Assembly: GCF_001194135.2 (NCBI RefSeq)
Contig: NC_068983.1
Span: 31,954,642-32,018,641 of the forward strand
Source: Octopus bimaculoides
Taxonomy: Eukaryota
Direction: 5' to 3'
Length of the DNA: 64,000 nt
The position numbers and the translations under genes are program-made. How positions within the stretch are numbered: the stretch's first letter is position 1; each line of letters opens with the position of its first letter. Under the pieces are notes generated by a model that had not been told where the DNA came from, ran no database searches, and worked only from the letters and a program-made list of their open reading frames with translations. This document shows, piece after piece, positions 1-11,357 of this stretch.

Positions 1-1256
1 GTGAAGCTCAAAGGAATGTTGAATTAACTGCAGCCATCCCAACTGAGGCTGAACTTGGACATTGCTCATTAATCTGCAGTTTACAATTCTGGAGACAATT
101 TATTATATATGGTACTCAGAATAATAATGATAAAAGTTTTATTATTATTATTGTTTCACAAGGCCTACAAAAGTTTGGGGGTGGATATCTTCAAACAAAC
201 CAATCCCTAGTACTTGACTGGAAGAATAACTATCACCTGCAGAGTGAGACAGTAGACTCCAACTAAAAGTAAATTGTAATAAAATGGTCACAATTTCAAA
301 CAATGCTTTTTAATTTTGAAAAGAATGGATTATATATTTAACTGGATTTCCTTTTTTTAAAAATCATTTAAGTGACATTGTGTTTGATCTTTTGGTTTTA
401 AATTTGATGAACTTTAGATTTTTGATGAAACAAAGATGTTTCTGCTTTCTTCTATAGTATTTTTATGGCTTATTTCTATTATGCCCTTAATTTTCAGCCT
501 TTGATAAACATAGCCCCATTAAAAAAAAATTTGCAAGTTTTGTTTTATGCTTGATTCAAAGTAACTTCCTTAATTGATAATATACAAAACTGAAATGGTA
601 TGCTTTTAGACTTTAAACCCAAACTTGAACAAGTTAAGGTGGATTCACTCTCACAACATATGTTGCATGCATTCAACAAACATAAGAAATGTATGCTTAG
701 TCTAATTACAAATAGGAGTCAATAGTACCATAAATTGATGAGACTGAGGTTTTATGAACCGATTCTACAGTTTTGATCATCAGGAGCCTTACATAGAGGT
801 GAAAAAGCAAAACACATAGAATATTGAATAATTAGGTCTGAAATTCAAAGTTTAGTGCAGGTGTTTTGTTGTGAATATGGACAGTACAAAAGCACACTTA
901 ATTCTATATCTCAGTTCACCTAGTTTTGGAAATAGGTATTAGGTTTTGGAAATAGGTATTACAATGTAACCAGAACGTTTAAAATAATATAAGTAGTAAG
1001 CCAAATGATCTTCTTTCCTTACTTCATAATTAACTTAAATTAGATTTTTAATGTTATCTGCATTAAATACGTAAACACTTAATTCTTTGGATAATTAAAC
1101 TCAGTGACTTATATTCTTAAATGTGTTACCTATAATAAACTGGAATAACTATCTAAGGAGAGATTTATTTCTATACATAATAAAACTAGATCTAAGTAAC
1201 AACCAACCTATCCCTTTTTAATAAACCCTTCTGAATGTTAGAGATGCTGGACCAAG

Positions 1257-1923
1257 GGATCGTGTTCAAAACGGGGGCACCAGTATTTTCTTAACGAAAC
1301 ACTATGAAACTTGGGACACTGGTAGAATGTGTCATATAAAACATCTTTTTCTCTTAGTCTTCTTAACAAAAAAACGTACATCGCAAGTTATTTCATGTTA
1401 AAGTTGTCGTATTTCTGTAATTTCAACCAATGACTGACGTCCATTCAGCCGTAAAAATTAAGTGCTGACTACGTAAACAAACGATTCTCAAACGATTCTG
1501 GCGGTGATAAAATTATTATTTCCTTGTCAAAAAATGGCTGAAGCATATTGGCAGTAGCTAATAAACCTTTCTATTATNNNNNNNNNNNNNNNNNNNNNNN
1601 NNNNNNNNNNNNNNNNNNNNNNNNNNNNNNNNNNNNNNNNNNNNNNNNNNNNNNNNNNNNNNNNNNNNNNNNNNNNNNNNNNNNNNNCTTTACACCGCTT
1701 AAATTGCCAAAGGAGTAAGTATAAACAGCTGAATACTTGTCAGTGATTGGTTGAAATTATCGAAATAAGACAATTTTTTACATGAAATTAATTCGAATAC
1801 AAAAATTTTTTTCTGTTCTATAACACAAAATAGATAAGTATACGAAGTTTGAAAGTCTTTCGGTACCAAAAACACTACATAAAACATAAATGAAAACTGG
1901 TGCCCCGGTTTTGAACAAGATCC
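1257..1923. mobile_element. MITE with about 33-bp TIRs and 8-bp TSD (Merlin- or hAT-like)
   Basis: Left GGATCGTGTTCAAAACGGGGGCACCAGTATTTTC versus right GAAAACTGGTGCCCCGGTTTTGAACAAGATCC; GGACCAAG duplicated at 1249-1256 and 1924-1931. Confidence 0.85.
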
Positions 1924-1949
1924 GGACCAAGTACCTAACAGTAGCTAGT

Positions 1950-2870
1950 TACATTTGCTGACTTTACCTTTCATCCTTACGGAGTCGAAGAAAAAAGTAC
2001 CAGTTGAGTACCAAGGTCAATGTAATCGACTTACCCCAGCCCCAGAAATTGCTTGCCTTGTGCCAAAATTTGAAACTATTATACTATTACGATAATGGTG
2101 AAGGTGGCGAGCTGGCAGAGCCGTTAGCACGCCAGACAAAATGCTCAGTGGCATTGGATTCATCTGAGTTCAAATTCCACCGAGGTCGACTTTGCCTTTC
2201 ATCCTTACGGGGTCGATAAATTAAGTACCAGTTGGTCACTAAGACCGATGTAATCGACTTACCCCTCTCACTTGAAATTGCTGGCTTTCAGCCAAAATGT
2301 GAAACCATTATCATTATGATTGGTGATCGATTGGTTAATCATCAGAGCGTCGAACAAAATGCTTTGCAGCTCTTTAATAGTTAGTTAAATCCCACCAAAG
2401 TCAACTCTGCCTTTCATCTTCTTGGGATCGATAAGATAAAATACCAATTAAGTACAATAATCGACTAATGCTTCCTCCAAATGTCTAGCTTCAACGAGTA
2501 TTACTAAGAACAATGGATAAAAATACCTAGTGGTATTTTATCCTTGGTTGTCCCTAAGTTCAATAAAATTACTAAAGTCAATTTTATTTGCTTAACGGCA
2601 TTTCGTCCGTATGTACGCTTTGAGTTCAAATTCCGATGGGGTCGACTTCACCTTTCATCTTTTCGGGGTCGATAAAAATTAGTAGTTGAGCTCTAGAATC
2701 GATGTAATCGACTTAGGCTCTCTCCCGAAATTGCTGGCTTTGTGCCAAAATTTGAAACCACTGTAGAACGTCCGTCAAAACCCTTGAAATATTTTAATCA
2801 CGCGAGTTAAATTCCCGCTGTGATCGACTTTACCTGTCATACTTCCAGAGACGATAGAATAAAATTCCAC
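1950..2870 (+). mobile_element. Head-to-tail cluster of about 5 diverged tRNA-derived SINE copies
   Basis: Repeated GAGTTCAAATTCC (B box)-GTCGACTTTGCCTTTCATCC-GTCGATAA-GTACCAG-GATGTAATCGACT modules, all in the same orientation. Confidence 0.8.
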
Positions 2871-5800
2871 TCGAAGAGTGTTACCTATATAATCAGTTGT
2901 TCACTACAAGTCGGCTGTCTTAAATCCGGTATTCTTTGGACCCAACCATTGTCGGACCGCAGAAACAGAAAATAACCTCTAAGTAAACAGTTCTGTTATC
3001 TCATTCCACATATATTGATGCTTTATCAAACTTAGAACCAATTTTGAAATCAATAAATATAATACGGCTTCCTAACAAGGTTTTTAATTTGCTTTGTGGA
3101 ATATAAAGTCTACAACAAACCAAAACTTCTATATGTGCTGGACCATGCATTGTGTGTCGATTTTACTAGATACAATCTGTATTACAAATTGTGCGACCTT
3201 GTGCCTATGCAAGAAATCATGGTTGGTGGGTGACAGAACCAGAGGATAACCGAACAAAATGCTTCCGGATTAGATAAAATAAATTACTAGCCGTGTACTG
3301 CGGTCGCCTGTTTTCATGCAAAAAAATGTTGAAACATTAGGGTGACATTCAAAAGACAAAGTAGAATAATTTTATGCGAACTCAGATAAAAATTAGAGCA
3401 AGAAGAAAAAAAGGTTATAAGGAAAATCTAACAAGCTTTCAGATACGTTGGTAATCAACAAAAACTAACATGCTGAAAATAGATACTACCAGTTCAGATT
3501 ACAGTATGAAGAATAGGAAACGAGGGAGTCTCCATGTGCTAGACATAGCAGCCAAGTTTCCCTAGACTAACACCCAACTGCCTCAAAATAAAGCGATACC
3601 TTACATAACCGGAATTTGCTGTCTAGAAAAAAAAATGGGATGGTTACGACTGAAATGATCACAGGTTTGCTTCATCAAGGCCGACTTGGCGCTAAACAAC
3701 TTAACGAAAAAAAGACAATACAGGTTGTTATTTTAGTTGTTTTCAGCTATTTAGAGAGGTGGGATGAAGTCACTGTCTTATACTTTACTCTCTCTCTCTC
3801 TCAGTTACAATCAATTATAAAATATTTCTGGAGCCTCTACATTATCATCTTATTCGGTTATGAAATTTTGGAACAGTTATAAGAAATTATATTCAGACCT
3901 ACTCTAAAAATCAAAGAATGTTGGAATTTTCTTCCCAAGTAGACATTATAGCTGTATTTGTTTTCTTTCAAACTTTTGTTGCGTTTTTTTTTTTTTTTAC
4001 AGTTGACGCATACAACTTATCTCAGATGACTCAACAGTACAAAGAAAAACCTAGTAAACTACCTGCTATACACATTGAATAACAACCGCACTGAAGTTTT
4101 CTAATATAATTAAGTATTTTAATTTCAACAGTATGGTGAAATTTTAAAATTAAAAATAAACCAACTTAAGTTAGATTTAACACCCATTGTTTTATCTGCA
4201 TTCTAATTCTCGACTCTTTTCTAAATTAACAAAAAATAATAAACCAAAATTAAGCTTAAAAACCGACATAATTTCACTCTTTTCATTAAAAATAGATTAT
4301 ATAAAAACTTCTTTGTATTAAAAAGGAAGAGGGCGTGGTCTGACTAGATAGATTCATATGGCATGTCATAGTAATATCTGTCTAGTAGAAAACAGCCGCA
4401 TTCATTTACAAAACTATTCAGACAAAGAATAAAGAGCTATGAAGTTCAGTGTTAGTATATTAAAAATAAAATATGATGTGGAAATAAGAGAAAAATGTAT
4501 CCACTTCTATAATATCAAAAGTAATATTTTAAGATCAAAATGCAAAACATCACCAATAATACTAACAAAAATGACAGGCAATTAGCCAAAAGACCAATTA
4601 AAATTAGAAGAGTTGAATTGGGTTTTCCTCTCTAAAGCAAAAACAGAGCAATGAAGTTAGATCTCAAACACATACACACACATCTTTTTAAACACAAATT
4701 ATAAGTATTTTGAAAGGTATGTGTGTATATAAATAAAATACATCTAGAAGAATTGTCTTCTGCATGTAATTTTATAGCAATATGTAGAGTTGCCATACAA
4801 ATATGTGTAATATATATGTGTTCAGAGACAGAAGAGTGAAGGAGCAATTTCAGATTCTTAAATAGTGTTTCAGAAGACTATGTAGTAATAGGAAAAAAAT
4901 AACTGAAAGTTAATTAGTGCCATCATATTTTGTTTATTTAGTAAAAAGAACCATTGTTAACGAAATTTAGACAGACACTACATAACAGATCCGGGATTGG
5001 TCAATAACAATAAAAGGATAGATCTTAAAAAGTGGGGAAAGAAAGGTTAAGTGTGAAAGCCAAACTCGCCGAGATCGCGTGACAAAAATGTGCTTTTGAA
5101 CATTTGAGCAAGTTCTAAGAACGATGGACACACAATGACAATTAAAAAACTACATTTTTGTCCTTCTGTCATCTTTTTTTGCTTTGATTTTTTTTCACGG
5201 TTTTAGGAATACTAAAACCTTATAAGACGAATATACATGTTATTGTGTAATGTCACTGTATTCCTTTTGCTATTAATTGGGATAACGGAATAAGTTTACT
5301 CACCATGGTGTGGGCAGTTGTAATTTACACACCAATCCTTCACTTCTCTCTTCCTCTATGTAACTGTGTTTCTATCTCTCTCTCTCTCTATCTAAATGTG
5401 TATCTATCTCTTTCCCTCTCTCTATCTAAATGTGTATCTATTCTCTTTCTCTCTTTATTTTTCTATGATTAGATAGAAAGAATTAACACTACTACAATCA
5501 TTCTCTCTCTCTCTTTCTCTAATCCCCTCCCATTTTATTCAAATAGAGGCAAATCACGAGATTCTACGCGAGTCTCGCTCTCTCGGATTTACTCAAGGGA
5601 AGTTACTCTGTAAGAGACCTGTCGTTAGTGTCCATCCTAACCGGTGTTAATTGCTACTTAAGATGTTCATATTCTTTTTAGAAGATAAACGGATGTTAGA
5701 CGAGAGCTAATCCAACACTTTTCTCTTCATCTATCAAGGATTCAAAATGTTTTGTTTCATTAAGTAAATAACACGAAAATATTCGCTTCATCTTGTTTCT

Positions 5801-6129
5801 GACAGAACGCTAATCTATTGCAATTCATTTTCTTAGAAACTATACATAGAAAACTGAAATATGTAGAATTACTGTCTTCTTCAGAGACTCAATGAAACGT
5901 GAGTGACAGATAAACACCCACAATTTTTATCTATGAGTTTGTCCGTTCAGTTGTATTTATAACTTTTGCAGACCTTTCCGCCTCTTAACTGTGCAGTTTG
6001 AATGCTGTGGAGAGAGTTGGGTTATCAGTTCCGGTTACAGTGGAGGATAGACGGAAACAGAGTATGGGACAATCTGCATTCAGGTGCCACTTTCAACTCT
6101 TTCCTTGATCAATCTGATCAATTTTCTAG

Positions 6130-6700
6130 GTATCGCTAACTTTCAGCTAGTGCAAAATTCTCGGGACTGGATTGATGCCCTGCCTGTGGCCAACATCGGA
6201 GGTCTGCTCAGTTTAGATGAACTCCGCATCTCCATCGCGCTCAGAGTGGGAGCTGATGTCTATAGGAGACTGAGATGCCGCTGTAGCAGGCTCCTCGACC
6301 CTACAAGTATTCACGGTCTGTCTTGCCGCCTAAATGCTGGTCACTTCGCCCGTCACACCGAGCTTAAACCTCACCATTAAGCGAGCCCTGGCACGGATTA
6401 ATATCCCCTCAGTTCTGGAATCAGCCGTCGGAGTTATCTAGAAGTAATGGAAAGAGACCAGATGGTCTTACTCTGTCTCTGGGTTAACGGTAGGGGCCTC
6501 ATTTGAGACATCACAGTCTTTTGCATCGTGGATACTGCAGTTAATGAGAGGATCATTGCTTCCGAAGCCGAACAGAAGAAAACCCTGAAGTATCGATATC
6601 TGACAGTGAACTGTCTCTTCCAATCTGTGGCGTTTGAGACGTTCGGAGGGACTGGGCCACTAACCGCGAAATTCTTGTCACCGAAGTGTCAGGTGATGCC
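6130..6700 (+). mobile_element. CRE-clade non-LTR retrotransposon remnant (zinc knuckle + restriction-like endonuclease)
   Basis: WIDALP...LRVGADV...CRC...H..SC...RH, then (frameshifted) IKRAL..INIPS.LE, GKRPDG, DIT, AEQKKTLKY, FETFGG. Confidence 0.8.
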
Positions 6701-7769
6701 CGTGGTAATGCTGCGAGCGTGCTGGCTTGCTTTAGTAGGTTCCGTTAAACCTTGTGGTGTGCGACCAGTTGCTATGATAAAAAAAATTCCCCATAAATGG
6801 TTTCAATACTGTTTTAACAGATTTGGAAGTATTAGATGAAAGTTCTCCGGTAATTTTCTTTCATATAAATAAATGTTTATGTTAATTTTAAAATTTGCCA
6901 GCAAAATCTTATAAAATGACAATGTTCTAAAAGATGTACATGTTTATATGTTATATATGAAAACAATTTTCCACATGCCTACTAGTCTTTAAAGAATTTT
7001 CTGCATCGTCTTGAAGAGAACTGTAGTGGAGAAAATACGGTCTGGGTGAAGTGGATATTTATATAACATTTCAGAGACTGTTCTGCTGGAAGCAGAAGAG
7101 GGAGAGAAAACAACGGACTTAAAAATGGAGAGATGGTGAATTTATACCAATTAACCGAAAGAATTCGACTGAATGCAGTTTTGCATGTTTGTGTGAGTAT
7201 AGCAACAGCAATGTTCTAGGGATGTGAGCTGAATTAATGCGGGGTCCTTACTAACAGTCCAAGGCTGATGTACTTTGTAAGCCTAAAGAAGCATTGTCTT
7301 CTGCATGTAATTTTATAGCAATATGTAGAGTTGCCATGTGAAATAATTAGAAATCGTAAAACCAAGCATTTGTATCCATTCTGAGAGTTTTAGTTGTTGA
7401 TATCTAAGTAATGTGAGTGGATTTCACGTAAGCATAAACACTCACTTCGAGGAAGAATTTGGAATGTCAAGTATAGCCTGAACAATAAAGATGAGGGATG
7501 GGATATTTGTTTTTCAGAGAAGTCATTTGAGGTGAGCAGTTAAAGAAGGTAATTGAAGACAAAGTTGGTCGTCCTCAAACTTTATTTACTCACCATTTCT
7601 CTTTTACCGAAAAATTATTTATCAGAAATAAACCACTACTATGTCAGTCAACGTTATCTTATCACCTCCGAATCGGGATATTGGGTGAAATTTTTTATTT
7701 ATATATTTAAAAAAAGCCAAGTTTTTCAGGCTAAACTCGCTAAAAATTTACTTCTACTCACTCTTTCGC

Positions 7770-8806
7770 TACAACTTGGGGTCTCCAAGTAAATAGCTCC
7801 AAATATGAGCTCTGGATCCTCAACCACCCGGCTTCTCAACACCAACCAACTATTGACCTTTTTGCAGAGTCCTTCCCTTCCATTGCAGTCCCTCCCCGAT
7901 CGGCTTGGTACTTCCTAGGAGCCTCAATCACTGACCTTGCCTTCCAGTCGAAGTTGGCTTCCTTTGAGCAATTGCTGAAAAATATTGAAGCTATCGAACC
8001 CCATCAAGGTTTTTTCATACTTATGAATTACCTCTCGATCCCAAAGTTTCTACATTTGCTCAGAGTCAGCTCATCTTACTGATTCCCATCGCGCCTCCAA
8101 CGCTTCGACAATCTAATGCTTAGTCAATGTCAGACTCTCCAACGTCCTGCGACTAGGCTGCATTGCCCAATCGATTTGGAGATCTTGGTCTTCGTAAGTG
8201 TTCGTCCCTCGCTCTCACTTGCTTCCCTTCTTCCACCCACACCTGCTCCACCCTAGTGAGCAACATCCTCTCCTCTCCAACATGGACCAGTTCCAACAAG
8301 GATTTGGATGAAGCTCTCCAACATTGGAGGGAATTGGGATTGTCTGCTCCTGAGGAGGTGGAGGACTGTCAGAGTCAGAGAGCTTTGGACAACATAATTT
8401 CAAAGGCCACCTTTGACTCCCTCTACATCCAGTCGGACCAGTTTTCAAGGTGCCGCTTACTGTCTGCTAGCGCCAAATACTGAGGTGACTTGATTGATAC
8501 TATCTCTGTGGATAATGTTGGTGACCTACTCAGCTTGGACGAACTTCGTGTCCCCATTGCCTTCAGAGTGGGAGCTGACGTATGCATGGGTTTGATCTGT
8601 CGTTGTGGAAAGCTCCTCGACTCCACAGGCCACCAATACCTTTCTTGCCGCTTGAATGCTGGTTACTTCGTGCGTCATACGAAGTTGAACCTGATGCTCA
8701 AGAGAAGCTTGGCCCAGGCAAACATTCCCTCCAGATGCCTTGTCTGGGATGTCACAGTTAGCGACTCCTTTGCTTCTCACATCCTGGATGCTGCGATCAG
8801 GGCGAG
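7770..8806 (+). mobile_element. Second CRE-clade remnant (RT thumb to endonuclease)
   Basis: LSIPKFLHLLR, LPNRFGDLGLR...LAL, LRVGADVC...CRCG...H..LSCRLNAG...RH, WDVTVSDS; the KRPDG segment is deleted; several frameshifts and stops. Confidence 0.8.
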
Positions 8807-8818
8807 ATCAACAGTTTC

Positions 8819-10653
8819 TTATTTCTTTATTGCCCACAAGGGGCAAACAAGGACAGACAAAGGGATTAATCGATTACATCGACCCAGTGCGTAACTGGTA
8901 CTTAATTTATTGACCCCGAAAGGATGAAAGGCAAAGTCGACCTCGGCGGAATTTGAACTCAGAACGTAACGGCAGACGAAATACCGATTTCTTTATTATC
9001 CATAAAGGGCTATACAAAGAAATTTTAAGACATCACAAAACATAAAGACAGTACAAAACGCAAACATAAAATCGGGGTAATTAAAATAAAATGATAATAT
9101 GCAAGAATGAAAAAAATGAGGCGTAATGTCCACTCGATCCACAAAGTCGGGTGGTTACATTTATCCAGTTTTTCACTTTTACGTTCAACGTCATGTAAAC
9201 ATTTTAACGGTTTTGTAACTCAAAAAATTCAAACAATCGCATTACCTTACTTCCATTAATCATTGTTACTTCCGTCCTTAACTGCAAATAATCAGTTCTA
9301 GGGGATGGTGTCTCCACCAACCATACCCGTTTCGTTATTAAATTTTCACCAAGTTCTTTTATGTACTCCCAGAAGTTTCTCTCTTGTATCAAAATGCATT
9401 TCTCTGGCATTTTCACTGTTATTGTTTCCTCCAACTTCTCGACTTTTCTCTCCATCTGCTCGCAATTCTCGTACTTTATCAAAACTCCCTTGTATTTCAC
9501 ATCTTTATCCGTTCTCTCCTCCTCTTCTTGTACATTATTAGATTCGGCTTTTTTAAAAATCTCTTTTTTGTTTTCTGTTGACCGTTCCTTTGACTTATTT
9601 TTCGTTCGCTTTTTAGGGTTAGTAGCTCCATTTTCGTTCTTATCCCTTGTTTTCTGTTTCACACTTCTGTCTCTCTTTTATTTCCTCAGTGTGGTCTACA
9701 ATTCTTTCCTCCTCTGTTTGTGCTTTCTCTTGCTGTGGCTGTGTGAACTCATATAGGGGGCATTTGGTCTTCATGTGACCTCTTTCTTCGCATATGTAGC
9801 AATTTGGTTTCCTTCCCTCGACGACAACATTTAATGTTCTCTCATCCTCCACTTCTATCTGATAGGGAATTCTTTCTATGTCCTCGAATGTGGCAAAAAG
9901 CCACATTTCGAGTCCAAATCCCCACCATTTGTGCACTTTTGATTTTGCTACTAGTCCCAATTCCGGCTCCTCCTTGGTTGCAGCCAGCACTGTTGCGACC
10001 AGCCACTCTGGTTTAATTTCTGGTGTAACTCTGGGAATACGTATTTTCACACTTCTTCTTCCTCTATAACTTGGTAGCAATGTTATTTATTCACTTCTTA
10101 AAATGTTGGTTGCATGCTTGATTGCCTCTTCTATAGTGGCGAACCTCACCTCAACCGTACCGAACTTTCTTCCTCTGTTGATGTACGTGGCTTCATTGAC
10201 AATTTCACCCAGGCACTCCTCGATTTCCTCTTCCGTTACCATTTTAATTTTAGAGGTTTCGACAGCCTGTGTACGATACACAACTGTCCTCAGAATTTTT
10301 TCTTCTTTAGTCTCTTTTGGGGGACACAATTTGTATGAGTCTCCCTCAACTTCTATCAAATTCCTGCTTCTGGTCACCTCCTCCATATCCAATTTGATTA
10401 ACTTGGTTTCTAGCGGCACTGGCTTCCTCACCGCAGTGGCCTTGGCGTAGCTCTCCATACTGGAGACACTACTATTTGCCATAGCTGGGGGGGAAATGCA
10501 GTAGCTCACGTGAAATGTAACCGTAATAATTCCACAAAAATCACAATTATTTACCGAGACAGTTTTCACAGAGTAACACAACCGTATTCACAGAGCCGTT
10601 ATACCACGAAGCATTTCGCCCGGCGTGCTAACGTTTCTGCCAGCTCGCTGCCT
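8819..10653 (-). mobile_element. tRNA-derived SINE split by a 1.6-kb insertion (head 10653-10601, body and tail 8986-8819)
   Basis: Both halves match the SINE copies at 2100-2300; 12-bp TSD ATCAACAGTTTC at 8807-8818 and 10654-10665. Confidence 0.88.
8987..10600 (-). mobile_element. ORF1-only L1/Tx1-like non-LTR element (gag-like ORF1 with CCHC knuckle)
   Basis: ATG at 10482. ORFs 10087..10581 and 9640..10080 are one frame broken by a single TAA, then a frameshift into 9204..9662. Contains CYICEERGHMKTKC (CX2CX4HX4C). Ends in AATAAAGAAAT. No EN or RT motifs seen. Confidence 0.75.
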
Positions 10654-10739
10654 ATCAACAGTTTCACCGCGAGATCAGCAGTTTAGATAAAATCATTAAA
10701 AATATATACATATACAATGATAGATCGCTAGCCACTAAA

Positions 10740-10948
10740 CCTTTTTCTATTTTCTCTCCCTGTTTATTTCTGTGTTCCTTTCTGTCGAAGAGCGTAGGCT
10801 CGAAACGTAAAAGACTTTCTCACTTCCCGAGCGTTAAACTAATTCATCTGTTCGTTGTTTACACACCCGTCTTCGGCTTTTGTTTTCTTGTAAATTCTCA
10901 CTATACATATACAATATTCTTGTAAATTCTCACTATACATATACAATA
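10740..10948 (+). repeat. Short interspersed repeat with hairpin GAGCGTAGGCTC-GAAACG and a 32-bp tandem duplication
   Basis: GAAGAGCGTAGGCTCGAAACGT near 10787-10808; TTCTTGTAAATTCTCACTATACATATACAATA twice (10885-10916, 10917-10948). Confidence 0.5.
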
Positions 10949-11259
10949 TCATACGAGAACAGGTGTAATATAATTAGCATATTAAAAATTCCGAATTACT
11001 GGGATTAATTATTCGGGGAAGCTGTATACAGGAATAACAAGAATTAATATAAAATTAGCATATTTAATATAATGAGCATAAGATGCCTATTTAGAAAAAG
11101 GTTATATAGTGTGAAAACACATTAGCTTAATTATTTACATCGACTTTCTATCATTAGAATACCTTCCAGAATCTGTGATTCTTGGAAATTAGAGAATTCT
11201 AAATACAAGGGAAGTCACTCAGCTTTTTTTTTTTCTCCATTATACCCACTTGTATCATT

Positions 11260-11357
11260 ATGGACGCGAAGTACGACCATTCCCTTATGGGCATCTTGCA
11301 ACAAGAGGGACAATTGGGCTCATTTTTAGATGTTATCATGGGATTTCTATATCGAAG
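11260..11357 (+). CDS. NUDCD3: NudC domain-containing protein 3, coding exon 1
   Basis: ATG at 11260 gives MDAKYDHSLMGILQQEGQLGSFLDVIMGFLYR+AG, then GT donor at 11358; matches the NUDCD3 N-terminus (YDQALLGILQ..G....FL....GFLYR). Not in the ORF track. Confidence 0.92.

Noticed and set aside
9305-10450. Plus-strand hydrophobic ORFs (9361..9756 and others)
   Set aside because: Antisense shadows of the K/E-rich ORF1 on the minus strand.
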